Assembly: GCF_009914755.1 (NCBI RefSeq)
Contig: NC_060925.1
Source of the DNA: the human T2T-CHM13v2.0 reference genome, Homo sapiens
Length of the DNA stretch: 64,000 bases
Reading direction: 5' to 3' (one strand)
The notes under the pieces are model-generated. The model ran no database searches. It saw nothing but the letters and a program-made list of their open reading frames with translations, and was not told the DNA's origin. The position numbers were made by a program, and so were the translations under genes. How positions within the stretch are numbered: position 1 is the stretch's first letter; every line of letters starts with the position of its first letter. Positions 37,283 to 49,671 of this stretch are shown piece after piece.

Positions 37283-40200
37283 GGGAGAATGACATCAGCA
37301 AGATGGAAGAATAAGAGCTTCCAGCACTCATCTTCTCACAGACACCCATTGAACAATCATCCACACATGAAGATAACTTCTTAAAAGCTAAGGAATCCAA
37401 ATTAGAGATTATAACACTTGGATGCAGTGCAGAAATAAGAAAAGACACATTGGAGAGGGTAGAAGGGACAGTTTCACATTAATCATGTCATCCCTTACCC
37501 AAGCCTGTGCAGCACTGTATGGAGAGATACCCTTCGTATGAGGGAAGGAGAATGAAAGGAGGAATTGACTTTGCCATGGACCTCAGTACCAGGGCAACCT
37601 CCATGGGCCCAAGGAGAAGTTTAGCCCCTGCAGACATAAACTCCAGGCTGGCTCTTGCAAACCCAAGCTCCAGGCCTGCCCAGTGCCAGGTCACTGCTTA
37701 TGGAACCAGGCTCCAGACATGCTCCTTTATACCCAGGCACCAGATGCACCCCAGTGCTAGGCCAGCCCTCATGGTCCCAGACTCTCGGCTAAGCACCTAC
37801 AGACTCAGGTTCCAGGCTGGTCCCCAGGAACCCAGGCTTCAGTCCTATCCCTGTGGACTCAGGTCAAAGACCTATGCCGGCACCAAGTCAGACGCAAAGG
37901 ATCCAGGTTCCAGGCTGGCTTCTGCAAACATAGGTGCCAGACTTGCCCATGTGTATCCAAACTCTAGTCATGCCCTAGTGGATGCAGGCACCAGGACCCA
38001 CATGCCCACTGACCCACACACCAGCGTAGCCCACCAGAGGACTCCAGCATTAAGCCTACCCAAGGACCCTGCCAGCTGGGTCACCCCAAATTTCTAGATG
38101 GGCTGACTGATGAAGAGCTTTCTCTGCAAAATCCAGTCTGCAAAGACTGAAAAAGGTGCCTAATTCTTCAAATGTGTGGACATTGACGCAAAGTCCACAG
38201 AGATCATGAATAATTGGGGAAACATGACACAACAACAGGAACAAAATAAGGCACTAACAAATAATCCCAAAGAAATGGAAATCTATTAACTGCCAGACAG
38301 TTCATAGATTTAAAAATAACCATGAGAATTAAAAAATGATTATCTTAAGCTCAGTGAGCTACAAAAGAACACAGATGGACAACTAAATGAAATTAGAAAA
38401 GTAACACATTAACAAAGTGAAAATTTTAGCAAAGAGATAGAAACCATGTATAAGACCCAAACAGAAATTCTGGAGCTAAGGAACACAATGATTGAGCTAA
38501 AAAATTCAATAGGAAATTTCAAAAGTAGAGTCAATCAAGCAGAAGAATTAGCAAGCCTGAAGACAAGTTATTTGAAATTACATAATCAGAGGAACAAAAA
38601 GAAAAATTAATAAAAAATGGTGAAGAAATCCTGTGCAACTTATAGGACACTATCAAGTGAGGCAATTTATCCATCATAGGATTCCCAGAAGGAGCAGATA
38701 AAGAGAATGGGAGAAGAAAGCCTATTTAAAGAAATAACAACAAGCCAGGCACAGTGGCTGATGCCTGTAATCCCAGCATTTTGGGAGGCCAAGGTAGGGG
38801 GATTGCCTGAGCTCAGGAGTTTGAGACCAGCCTGGGAAATGTGGTGAAACCCAGTCTCTATCAAACATACAAAAAATTAGCTGGGTGTGGTGGCATGGAC
38901 CTGTAGTCCCAGCTACTTGGGAGGCTGAGGTGGGAAGATCACTTCAGCCTGAGAGGTGGAGGCTGCAGTGAGCCAGGATCACAGCACTGTACTCCAACCT
39001 GGGTGACAGAGTGAGACCTCATCTCAAAAAAAAAAAAAAAAAAAAGAAATAACAACAGAAAACTTCCCAAATCTGGGTAGGGAAATGACTATTCACATAT
39101 ATGAAGCCCAAACAACTCCAAACAGATTAAACATAAACAGATCTTCACTAAAACACATTGTAATAAAATCCTCAAAAGTTAGGCAAATAGACTTTTGAAA
39201 GCAGCAAGAGAAAGCAACTTACAAAGGAACTTCCTTAAGACTATCAGTACATTTCTCAGCAGAAATCTTATTGACCATGAGAGAATATGATGATATATTC
39301 AATGTGAAGAAAGAAAAAAAATTACTAACCAAGAATATCATGCCCAAAAAAAGCTGTCCTTCAGAAAGGAAGAAGCAGAAAATACTTTCTCAGACAAACA
39401 AATTTGAGGAACTTTATTACCACTAGACTTACCTTACAAAAAAGTTTAAGGGAGTTCTTCAAGTTGAAATTAAAGGACACTAACTAACAATAGGAAAACA
39501 TATGAAAGTGTAAAACTTATTATAAAGGTAAGAATATAGTGAAATTCAGAATACTTTAATACAGTATTGGTGGTGCATAAATCACTTTTAACTCTAGTAT
39601 AAAAAGTAAAAGACAAAAGTATTAAAAATAACTACAATAATTTTTAATGGATACACAATATGAAAAATGTGTTAATTGTGATATCAATAACATACAATTT
39701 TGAGGGAAAAGAAGTTAAAGTGTTGTTGTGTATGGTCAAAGTTGCTGTTGTAACTTAAAATAGAATGTTATGACTATAAGATATTTTATGTAAGCTTCAT
39801 GATAATTACAGAAAACATACAGTAGATACACAAATGGTAAAAATAAAGGAATCAAGCATACTACTATAAAACACTATCAAATCACAAAAGAAGACAAGAA
39901 GAGAGAAGGGAGAAATAAGATAACTACAAAACAGACAGAAAACAATGAACAAGTGGCAAGAGTAAGTCATTACCTGTCAACACTTACTTTAAATTCTCCA
40001 ATTAATATATGTAGACTGGCTGAAAGAATTTTTTTTTTTAAAACAAGATCCAACTATATGCTGCCTACCAGAAACTCATTTTAGTTTTAAGGATATGCAT
40101 ACGGTGAAAGCAAAGGGATGAAAAAAGCTATTTCATGCAAATTGTAGCCAGAAGAGAACAGAAGTGACTATACTTATATCAGATAAAATAGAATTTCAGT

Positions 40201-42380
40201 CAAAAATTGTCACAAGAAACAAAGGTCATTATATAATAATAAATGGGTCAATTAATAAAGAGGATATAATAATTTATATATATCCAATATCAGAGAGAGA
40301 GAGAGAGTGAGCAAATATTAACATAACTGAAGGGAGAAATAGATAACAATACAATCAAAGGAGGAAACCTCAATCCCCCACTTTCAACAATGGGAAGATC
40401 ATCCAGACAGAAAATCAGTAAGAAAACAGTGGACTTAAACAGCGCAATGGAGCAAAATGGACCTAACAAACATCATATAAAACATTCATCTAACAGCAGC
40501 AAATGGAGCATTCTCCAATAAAGCTCATATGTCAGGCCACAAAACAAGTCTAACAAATTTAAGAAGACTAAAATAATATCAAGTATCTTTTCAGGCCACG
40601 GTGGAATGAAACCAGAAATCAATAACAGGGCAAAAACTGAAAAATTCACAAATATGTGAAAATTAAACAGCATACTCCTAAACAATTAATGGGTCAAATA
40701 AGAAATCAAAGAGAAAATTTTTAAAATCTTTAGACAAATGACAAATAAAAACACAACATACCAAAACTTATTGCATACAGCAAAAGCTATTCTAAGAGGG
40801 AAGTTTATAGTGATACACTTCTTCATTAACAATAAAGAAAGATCTCAAAAAACTTCACTTTGCACCTCAAAGAAGTGGGAAAAGAAGAAAATGTTAGAAA
40901 AAAGAAGGAAAAAACAAAGACCAGAGCAGAAATAAATAAACTCAAGACTAGAAAAATAGTAGAAAAGATTAGCAAAAACAAGAGATGGTTTTTTTTTGAA
41001 AAGATAAACAAAACTGACAAACCTTTAGCTAGGCTAAGAAAAAAAGAGAGAAGACTCAGATAAATAAAATTGAAAATGAAAGAGGAGACATTACAACTGG
41101 TGCCACAGAAATACATAGGATTAGAAGAGACTACTATGAACAATTATAAGCTAGCAAATTAGACACCTTGAAGAAATGGATACATTTCTGAAAACACACA
41201 CCAAGAAATAGAAAATCTGAACTGGTCAAGAAGTGAGGAGATTGAATCAGTAATTTAAAAAACCTAGCATAGAGAAAAGCCAAGGACCTGATTGCCTCAC
41301 TGGTGAATTATAACAAACATTTAAAGAAGAATTAATGCAATCCTTCTCAAACTCTTCCCAAAAATTGAAGGAAAGGGAACACTTCCAACATCTTTTATGA
41401 GACCAGTATTATCTTAATACCAAACCGGATAAGGACACTGCAAGAAGAGAAAATTACATGCCAAAATTTCTGATGAACATAGAGGTAAAAATCCTCAAGA
41501 AAATACTAAAAACCCAAATTTGCTAACACATTAAAAGGATGATACACCATGATTAAGTGAGATTTTTCTTTGGATGTAAGGATGATTCAATATATGCAAA
41601 TCAATGAATGTGATACACCAGATTAACAGAGTGAAGGAAAAAAATCACACAATCATCTCAATAGCTGCAGAAAAAGCATTTGAAAAAAATTCAACATCCT
41701 TTCATGGTAAAAACTCTCAACAAAACTAGGTATAGAAGAAATGTACCTCAACACAATAAGGACCGTATAAGACAAGCATTCAGCTAATATCATACTTAAT
41801 GGTGAAAAGTTGAAAGCGTTTTCTCTCTGATCAGGAACAAGACAAATGTGCTTACTCTCGCTACTTCTATTGAACATAGTATTGGGGTCCTATCTAGATA
41901 CATTAGGCAAGAAAAAGGAAATAAGAGTAATCCAAATTGGAAAGGATGAAGTAAAATTGTCTCTGCAGATGATATAATTTTATGTATAGAAAACCCAAAA
42001 GATTCCACCAAAAAAAAAAAAAAAAACTGTGAGAACTAATAAATGAATTCAGTAAAGTTGCAGGATACAAAATCAACATACAAAAATCAGTTGCATCTCT
42101 GTATACTAACAATGAACTATGGGAAATGAGGAGGTATTTGTCAAAAGGTACAAAGTTTCAGTTATGCAGGATGAATAAGTTCTGAAAATCTAATGTACAG
42201 CATGGTTCGAACATAGTTAATAATACTGTATTGTATATTTAAAATTTGCTAAGAGAGTAGGTCTTAAATGTTCTCACTAGAAAAAAGGTAACTACGTGAA
42301 GTGATAGATCTATTAATTAGCTTGATGGGTGGTGACCATTTAACAAAATATACATATAACAAAACATCATGTTGTACATG
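37283..42380 (+). mobile_element. Long degenerate L1 (L1MA-like): 5'UTR, ORF1, 5' part of ORF2, internal deletion, 3'UTR end
   Basis: ORF2-like remnants (TTYQNL..AKAILRGKFI; FFEKINKTDKPLARL; ADD-type RT motif ~41965); jumps to 3'UTR at ~42120. Confidence 0.88.
38743..39042 (+). mobile_element. AluJ-like element inside the L1
   Basis: TSD AAAGAAATAACAACA; J-type right arm. Confidence 0.92.
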
Positions 42381-44227
42381 TGATATTCTGTAGAGTCATG
42401 TTATTAAATTTTACACCTGTAATTGGTTGTTTGCAAGCATTCCAAAGTGTGTGTGTGTGTGTGTGTTTGTATGTGTGTATTTGTTTGATTTTTCCAATTG
42501 GATTATAAACTCCTTGAAGACAGAAATTATATTTTGTTCCTTTTCTGACCCTGTTTAGCTTAGTGGTCCCTTGTGATTCTTAGGTAGCCACATAACATTG
42601 GCTGGCTCATGCTGGTTAACCAAGTGCTGCATCCCTGATGATGTTGCTCCTAGGTGACGGGACCTCTGGACCTTTGAGCAGAACCAAGGGTCAGATGACA
42701 GCCTGCAGAGGCATGAGATGTCACTTGAGTCAGTATCAACTCGTCCAGATCTGTAGGCTTCAAACACATAAGGGAAAATCCTAGGTGCAGGAAATGGAAA
42801 AGGTTTGAGGCAAAACCACCTGATGACTTTTCCCCTTGCTTTGAGGAAAATCTGAAGCTCTTAAGCCAACCAGACCCTGAACAATTAGTGGGCCTGCAGA
42901 GTTACTTTTCTTACCTCATGTCCTGTGACTACACCCTCACTCCCTTTATATTCACTTGCCTCTTTGCTGTTCTCTGAACACATCTGGCATGCTACTGCCT
43001 TGGGGCCTTTGCAGCTGCTCTCCCTTCTCCCTGGAATGTTCTGCCAGATATTCCTTTGGTTCTTTCTCTTACCTTCTTCAGATCTTTGCTCCAATGTTAC
43101 TTTCTCAGAAGACCTTCACTGGCCATCTTAAAGTTGTGACCCTCAACAGTCCTTATTTTCCTTCATTGCTTTATTATTTTTTCTGTAGCATTTATCATTA
43201 TCTGACATAATATGTATTTTACTTATTTATTTCCTTCTATCTCTTCATTAGGATGTAAACTCTATATGGACCATGTTTTTTGTCTCTTTTTAAAAATTGT
43301 TGTATCCCTGGTGCCATGGTTCTTGGAACATAGTAGGCACTCAATATTTATTGAATGAATAACTTAACAAATAAATGCTGAATAAAGTATACGTATCAAT
43401 GGCCAGGATATTTCAAGCTGGTAAAGACCCAGTAGGTTGTCGAGGAGTCTGACTCCTTTCCTTATACTAGTTTCCTGTTGGTTTCTTTATAGAGTTTTAT
43501 TTCATCAAATTGTGGTGAAAAGTCTTCTTAATTTCCATGGAGAGATGGCTCTTCAGCTTTCTGGCTTTTTTTTTCCTCTCAAAGGAAACAAACTATAAAG
43601 AAGAGGAGTGTTTAGTAGTTCACTGAATCTTATTTCAAGCTGCTGAATGTGACTCCTAGTCTTCTGGAAATTCCTATCTTTCTTGGGAGCAAATTTTATA
43701 AAAATAGAGGACCCTTTCTTTGAACTTCAAAGACAAATGAAGGGAGAAGAATTAGACCATTTTAGCTTGTAAATGTGGGGAAATAACTCTTTGAAGAGGT
43801 TGGCAGCATTGGAAGTATAGATGTTTCCCAAAAGAGCTTGGCTGAATTTTTTCAGAGCAAGCATATGGGCAGTGGCTGCATAGACCATTGGACCTACTAG
43901 GACAGCATCCGTGGTGTGATTTACAAGCCCCTCAGTGCTCTGCTCAGACACGTGGAGGGATTAGGTATCAAGTGTGACTGCTTCTATTTCTCAACTACTC
44001 ACCACAAACTCATCTGGCTATACCATAAGTGGGAGTAAGATACATAGTGAAAATATCCCATAGCTTTATTATTTTAAAACTACGTTCTGGCAGAAGCTGG
44101 CAGACCATTTGGCAATGATGTCAAGGCAGAGATTTCCTGGTTATGTGGGAGGTTGCACTAGATGACCCCTTTAAATCATTGAATCATGGAGTTGGATCAT
44201 CTAGTTTAACTTAGAAATCATCTAACT

Positions 44228-45284
44228 CATGTGCACAACGTGCAGTTTTGTTACATATGTATACATGCTGGTGTGCTGCACCCATTAACTCGTCATTTAC
44301 ATTAGGTATATCTGCTAATGCTATCCTCCCCTATTCCCCCACCTCATGACGGGCCCCGGTGTGTGATGTTCCCCTTCCTGTGTCCAAGTGTTCTCATTGT
44401 TCAGTTCCCACCTATGAGTGAGAATATGTGGTGTTTGGTTTTTTGTCCTTGCGATAGTTTGCTGAGAATGATAGTTTCCAGCTTCATCCATATCCCTACA
44501 AAGGACATGAACTCATCCTTTTTTATGGCTGCATAGTATTCCATGGTGTATATATGCCACATTTTCTTAATCCAGTCTATCATTGATGGACATTTGGGTT
44601 GGTTCCAAGTCTTTGCTATTGTGAATAGTGCCACAATAAACATACGTGTGCATGTGTCTTTATAGCAGCATGATTTATAATCCTTTGGGTATACACCCAG
44701 TAATGGGATGGCTGGGTCAAATGGTATTTCTAGTTCTAGATCCTTGAGGAATCGCCACACTGTCTTCCACAATGGTTGAACTAGTTTACAGTCCCACCAA
44801 CAGTGTAAAAGTGTTTCTATTTCTCCACATCCTCTCCAGCACCTGTTGTTTCCTGACTTTTTAATGATCCCCATTCTAACTGGCATGAGATGGTATCTCA
44901 TTGTGGTTTTGATTTGCATTTCTCTGATGGCCAGTGATGATGAGCATTTTTTTCATGTGTCTGTTGGCTGCATAAATGTCTTCTTTTGAGAAGTGTCTGT
45001 TCATATCCTTCACCCACTTTTTGATGGGGTTGTTTGTTTTTTTCTTGCAAATTTGTTTGAGTTCTTTGTAGATTCTGGATATTAGCTCTTTGTCAGATGA
45101 ATAGATTGCAAAAATTTTCTCCCATTCTGTAGGTTGCCTATTCACTCTGATGGTAGTTTCTTTTGCTGTGCAGAAGCTCTTTAGTTTAATTAGATCCCGT
45201 TTGTCAATTTTGGCTTTTGTTGCCGTTGCTTTTGGTGTTTTAGACATGAAGTCCTTGCCCATGCCTATGTCCTGAATGGCATTG
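44228..45284 (-). mobile_element. L1PA (PA4/5-like) ORF2 C-terminus and 3'UTR, no poly(A)
   Basis: 172-aa ORFs match the L1 ORF2p C-terminus ([24 protein letters not shown]). Confidence 0.95.
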
Positions 45285-45759
45285 CAATTATAGTTTGCTG
45301 TCTTCCTATTATGATTAGAATCAATGAAAGCCCCAGCCAAATCTCTCATACCTATTGTTGTTAAAGCTGATGACCATTTTTCCTCCTCACTCATATTTGC
45401 TTCTCTAAAGCCTATTCATTCTCAAAGGCTCAGGTCAAATTCTTCTTCCAGCAAGCGTCCCACTAGTATTCCCCAACCAGATGTAATTTTCTCTTTACCT
45501 GTGCTCCCCTGGCCCTTGTGCTTGATTATAAGCCTAGCACAGTATTCTTTGAATTAAATGTGTGATTTAAATATACTACATCTCTTAGTGGGCTGTGAAC
45601 TCTGAGGGCAGGGATGGCATGATTCATGTTTGTGCATCATGTCTTATGTGTGGCTGTTCTATCAAAGACTTGGCTTGATTTAGTTACATACAAGACTCTA
45701 CTCCACGGATTGCAGGACCCATCATGTAGGCTCTTTTCATTGGTTTGGGAGGCAAAGAA

Positions 45760-46010
45760 GGGATTTAGAAACATAGACTCCTGAAGTCAGACATGGATTT
45801 GAATGATTTTTCTCTCCACTTAGAAGATATTTGACTTTGGGTAAGTTATTAATCTCTGTAAGCCTCAGCTTTCTCATCTGTTAAATGGACATGATAAGAA
45901 GCACCTAACTTACTAGAGTTCATGAGAGGATTATATGGAATAAGGATATACCTGGCACTCAGTATTGTGCCTGCCACACACTTCGGTGCTCAGGGAAAGC
46001 TAGTAGTGGT
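45760..46010 (+). mobile_element. MIR
   Basis: TGACTTTGGGTAAGTTATTAATCTCTGTAAGCCTCAGCTTTCTCATCTG MIR core. Confidence 0.7.
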
Positions 46011-46343
46011 TATTTTTTTTACTCCTATTTATAAATAATTGTTTTATTCTTTTGGATTAATCACATGGAATTGTGATTGTCTTCCTGCTCATAGATTGTG
46101 AGTCCTTGATAGAAGACATCCGGCATCTGTACCCCTAGTGCCCAGCACAGTGTCCAGAAAATTGTTGTCATCAGCGTTTGTTGAATGAATGCATGAATCT
46201 AAGGCTTTTGAACTGCAGCCCGAAGGTACATATGTAAGATGTTGCTGTTATTAGCAGGCATTGCGTTGCTGAGCCTTAAAAATGAATAAGACCAATGCTT
46301 TCCTTGGCTTTAGGGAGATTATGATCCAGTATGAAAGGCACAC

Positions 46344-46662
46344 TGCAAGTTACTTTTTAAGAGATTGTATTTTAACACTAGTACTCAGTAAGTGCTCAAT
46401 TCAAGTTAGGCTCCTACTGCCTTAGTAAGTCTTGTAATAAGTTAGCTAATAAAAATGGTGCAAATTCATTTTCTGCTTGGTTCTCAAAGAAAACAGGAGA
46501 CATGTAGGTGCTAGCCTACATGTTAGGTAGTTTTGATTTGCATTTTTCTAGGAGTTCTATGGTTTCAGTCTTACATTTAAGTCTATTATCCATTTCAAGT
46601 TAATTTTTGTGAGTGGTGTGAGAGAGGGGTTTTGATATTTGTTTAATTGTTGCTTTTAGTGC
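46344..46662 (+). repeat. Circularly permuted local duplicate of 49475-49671 plus 51345-51477
   Basis: Two blocks ~92-93% identical (manual alignment) to the downstream locus, in swapped order. Confidence 0.93.
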
Positions 46663-48049
46663 ATTATGAACTTTAAAATAAGCAGAATGAATTAGAATTC
46701 CACAATAGAGGATTGAGAATAATAGGAACAGAAAGGTGGAGTGGAAAAGTTGATGACTAAGGTAGGAGTAGGGAATGACTTTATGGAGATGAAGTATGAA
46801 GTGAGATTTTAAGGACAAGGACAATATTAATCTGTCTATTTAAATTCTTATCACTTATTAAAATCCTGGACAGATGCCTTCTCTACAATGAAGACACTTG
46901 TTTTGCCCCACCTCAAGTGATCTGCCCCTTTTTTGAACCTCCATGGCATTTTCTTTCTTAGGGTCTTACCATCGTCTGTTACAGCCCTGGGTGTACATGA
47001 AGTGATCAGCAAATATTGTTACATTGAATCATTGTTACATTGCATAGCTAAGCACCTGCCTCTATCCCTGCCTAATTGCAAGCTCTTTCAGGGCATGAGT
47101 TGTGTCTTCACAGTTCTCTAGTGCCTACAACACACCAGGTTCCATGCCAGGCACCCCACAAATCCTTACAGGCAATTGATAAAGAAGATATCATTGAAAA
47201 TTTAAAGTCAGGAAACCAAGGCTGAAGTCACACAGGATGTTAAGTAGGTGGGCCAAGATTGGAATCTATTTCTACTGGACTCAAAACCTCTGCTAGTAAC
47301 TTCGTAGCACACTACATCTGTTTGCACAGTTAGGGAATCTAGTAAAATGCTCAATAGCTATTTGGGATTGAATTTACTGAATGAACTGAATGTGTCTCAT
47401 TCAGTGGCAAGCAAAACTAGAGCAAAGCCCTACAATAATTGGGCTTGGGGTAGTGATATAAAAAACCAAAAAGACAAACAAAAACAGTTGCCAGGGACAC
47501 CCAATCAGGCAGCCACCAGCACGTGTCCCTTTTCACACAAATTAACTGTTTCAGCAGAAACTGGTGACCAGACTATACAACAAAAGTATTACTTGTTCAC
47601 TGGGCAGAGAGTGCCAAATTGTGACCTGTTGTTTTTGCAACAGTATTTGTCACTTTGCTTAGATATCTATCTCTTAAGGAGGGAATGTCTTAAGGAATCC
47701 ATTGACCAGCAGGCGGCACTAGAACTGCATGGAATAGTTTCCTCCAGTTTGCATCCAGGGTGTTTTCAGCCTCTGGAATATTTACTTAACCAGGCTAGCT
47801 GATTGATCTAGACATTTAGTTATGAAATCATAGCATTACAGTCTTGAAAGAGACATTATAGATTGCATTGTTTCAGCTCTTCATTTTAAGGATGAGAAAA
47901 CTGGAGCACAGTCTGGTGACACACATGACCCAAGATTGGATGTGGTATTGGTAACAGTGCCAGAACTAGAATTCAAGTTTCCTTACTCCCAGTCCAGGGC
48001 TCTGTCTCTCTCTTTGAATGATGCTACTTAAAAAATCTTTTAAATTGTA

Positions 48050-49625
48050 TCTTAAATTTAATTTTTCCTCCTTCACTGAAGTATAATTGATAAACAAAAT
48101 TATATAAATTTAAGGTGTACAACCTGATGACTTGATATACATATGTATTGTGAAATGATTGTCATTATCAAGTTAATTAAAGCATAGTTACCTTTTTTAG
48201 AATTGGACACTGTCACTTGCAGCAACACGGATGGAACTGGAGATCACTATGTTAAGTGAAATAAGCCAGGCATATCGCATATTCTCTTATTTGTGGGATA
48301 TAAAAATCAAAACGATTGAACACATCTCCATGTGTATAAGAGTATAAGGATGGTGACTAGAGGCTGAGAAGGGTAGTGGGGGGGGTTGGGGGGAGGTGGA
48401 GATGGTTAATGGGTACAAAGATATTTTAAAGAATGAATAATACCTAGTATTTTATAATACATCCAAATGACTATAGTCAAAATAATTTGATTGTACATTT
48501 AAAAATAACTAAAAGAGTATAATTAAATGGTTTGTAACACAAAGAATAAATGCCTGAGGGGATGGATACCCTATTTTCCATGATGTGATTATTAAGTGTT
48601 GCATGTCTGTACTCAAGTATTTAATGTACCGCATAAATATATATGCCTACTACGTACCCATAAATATTAGAAATAAAAATTGTTAAAAGTTATCTTTTTC
48701 TTTTGTGGTGGGAACATTTCAGATTTATTCTCTTAGCAAATTTCTTTTTTTATCAGAATATCAGCACATTTCGAGTACACAATACAGTATTGCTAAGTAC
48801 AGTTGCTATGTTCTACATTTAGATCTCCAGAACTTATTAATCTTAGAACTGAAAGTTTGTATTCTTTGACCAATATCTCTCTATTTCTCCACTCCCCAGC
48901 CCCCAGCAGCCACCATTCTACTCTCTGTTTCTATGAGTCTGACTTTTTCAGATTTTACATATAAGTGAGTCATACAGTATTCGTCTTTCTCTAACTGACT
49001 TATTTCCCTTAGCATAATACCCTCAAGCTTCATCCATGTTGCTGCAAATGGCAAGATATCCTTTTTTATGGCCAATTACAGAACACACACACACACACTC
49101 TCTCTCTCTCACATACACACATACTCTCTCTCTCTCACACACACACCCCCCACAATTTTTTTTTTATCCATTCATGCATTGACTTACACTTAGATTGTTT
49201 CCATTTCTTGGCTATTGTGAATAGGGCTGCAATGAACATGAGAGGGCAGACATCTCTTGGGAGATACTGATTTCATTTCCTTGAGATATACACCCAGAAA
49301 TGGTATTGCTGCAGTATGGTAGTTCTATTTTTAATTTTTGAGGAAATTCCATACTGTTTTACATAATGGCTTTACTAGTTTACATTCCCACCAACAGTGT
49401 ACAAGGATTCCTTTTTGTCCATATCCTCCCCAACACTTGTTATCTCCTGTTTCTTTGACAGTAGCCATCCTAACAGGTGCTAGCTCATTGTAGTTTTGAT
49501 TTGCATTCTTCTAGAAGTTCTATGGTTTCAGTCTTACATTTAAGTTTATTATCTGGTTCAAGTTAATTTTTGTGAGTGGTGTGACAGAGGGGTTTTGGTA
49601 TTTGTTTAATCATTGCTTTTAGTGC
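48050..49625 (-). mobile_element. Old L1M 3' region containing a nested L1 and a (CA)n/(CT)n tract
   Basis: Antisense L1 3'UTR/ORF2 motifs (KKDILPFAATWMKLEGIML). Confidence 0.8.
48200..48685 (+). mobile_element. Nested L1MA 3' end
   Basis: GCAGCAACACGGATGGAACTGGAG...CTACTACGTACCCATAAA; flanking AGTTA(C/T)CTTTTT direct repeats. Confidence 0.8.
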
Positions 49626-49671
49626 CTTTTCCTCTTAGGAATGCAAGTTACTTTTTAAGATATTGTATTTT

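Noticed and set aside
37507-38097. 196-aa ORF
   Set aside because: Lies in the repetitive 5' region of an old L1; no recognisable domain
44401-45394. Two 172-aa ORFs
   Set aside because: Frameshifted L1 ORF2 C-terminal fragments, not an active element
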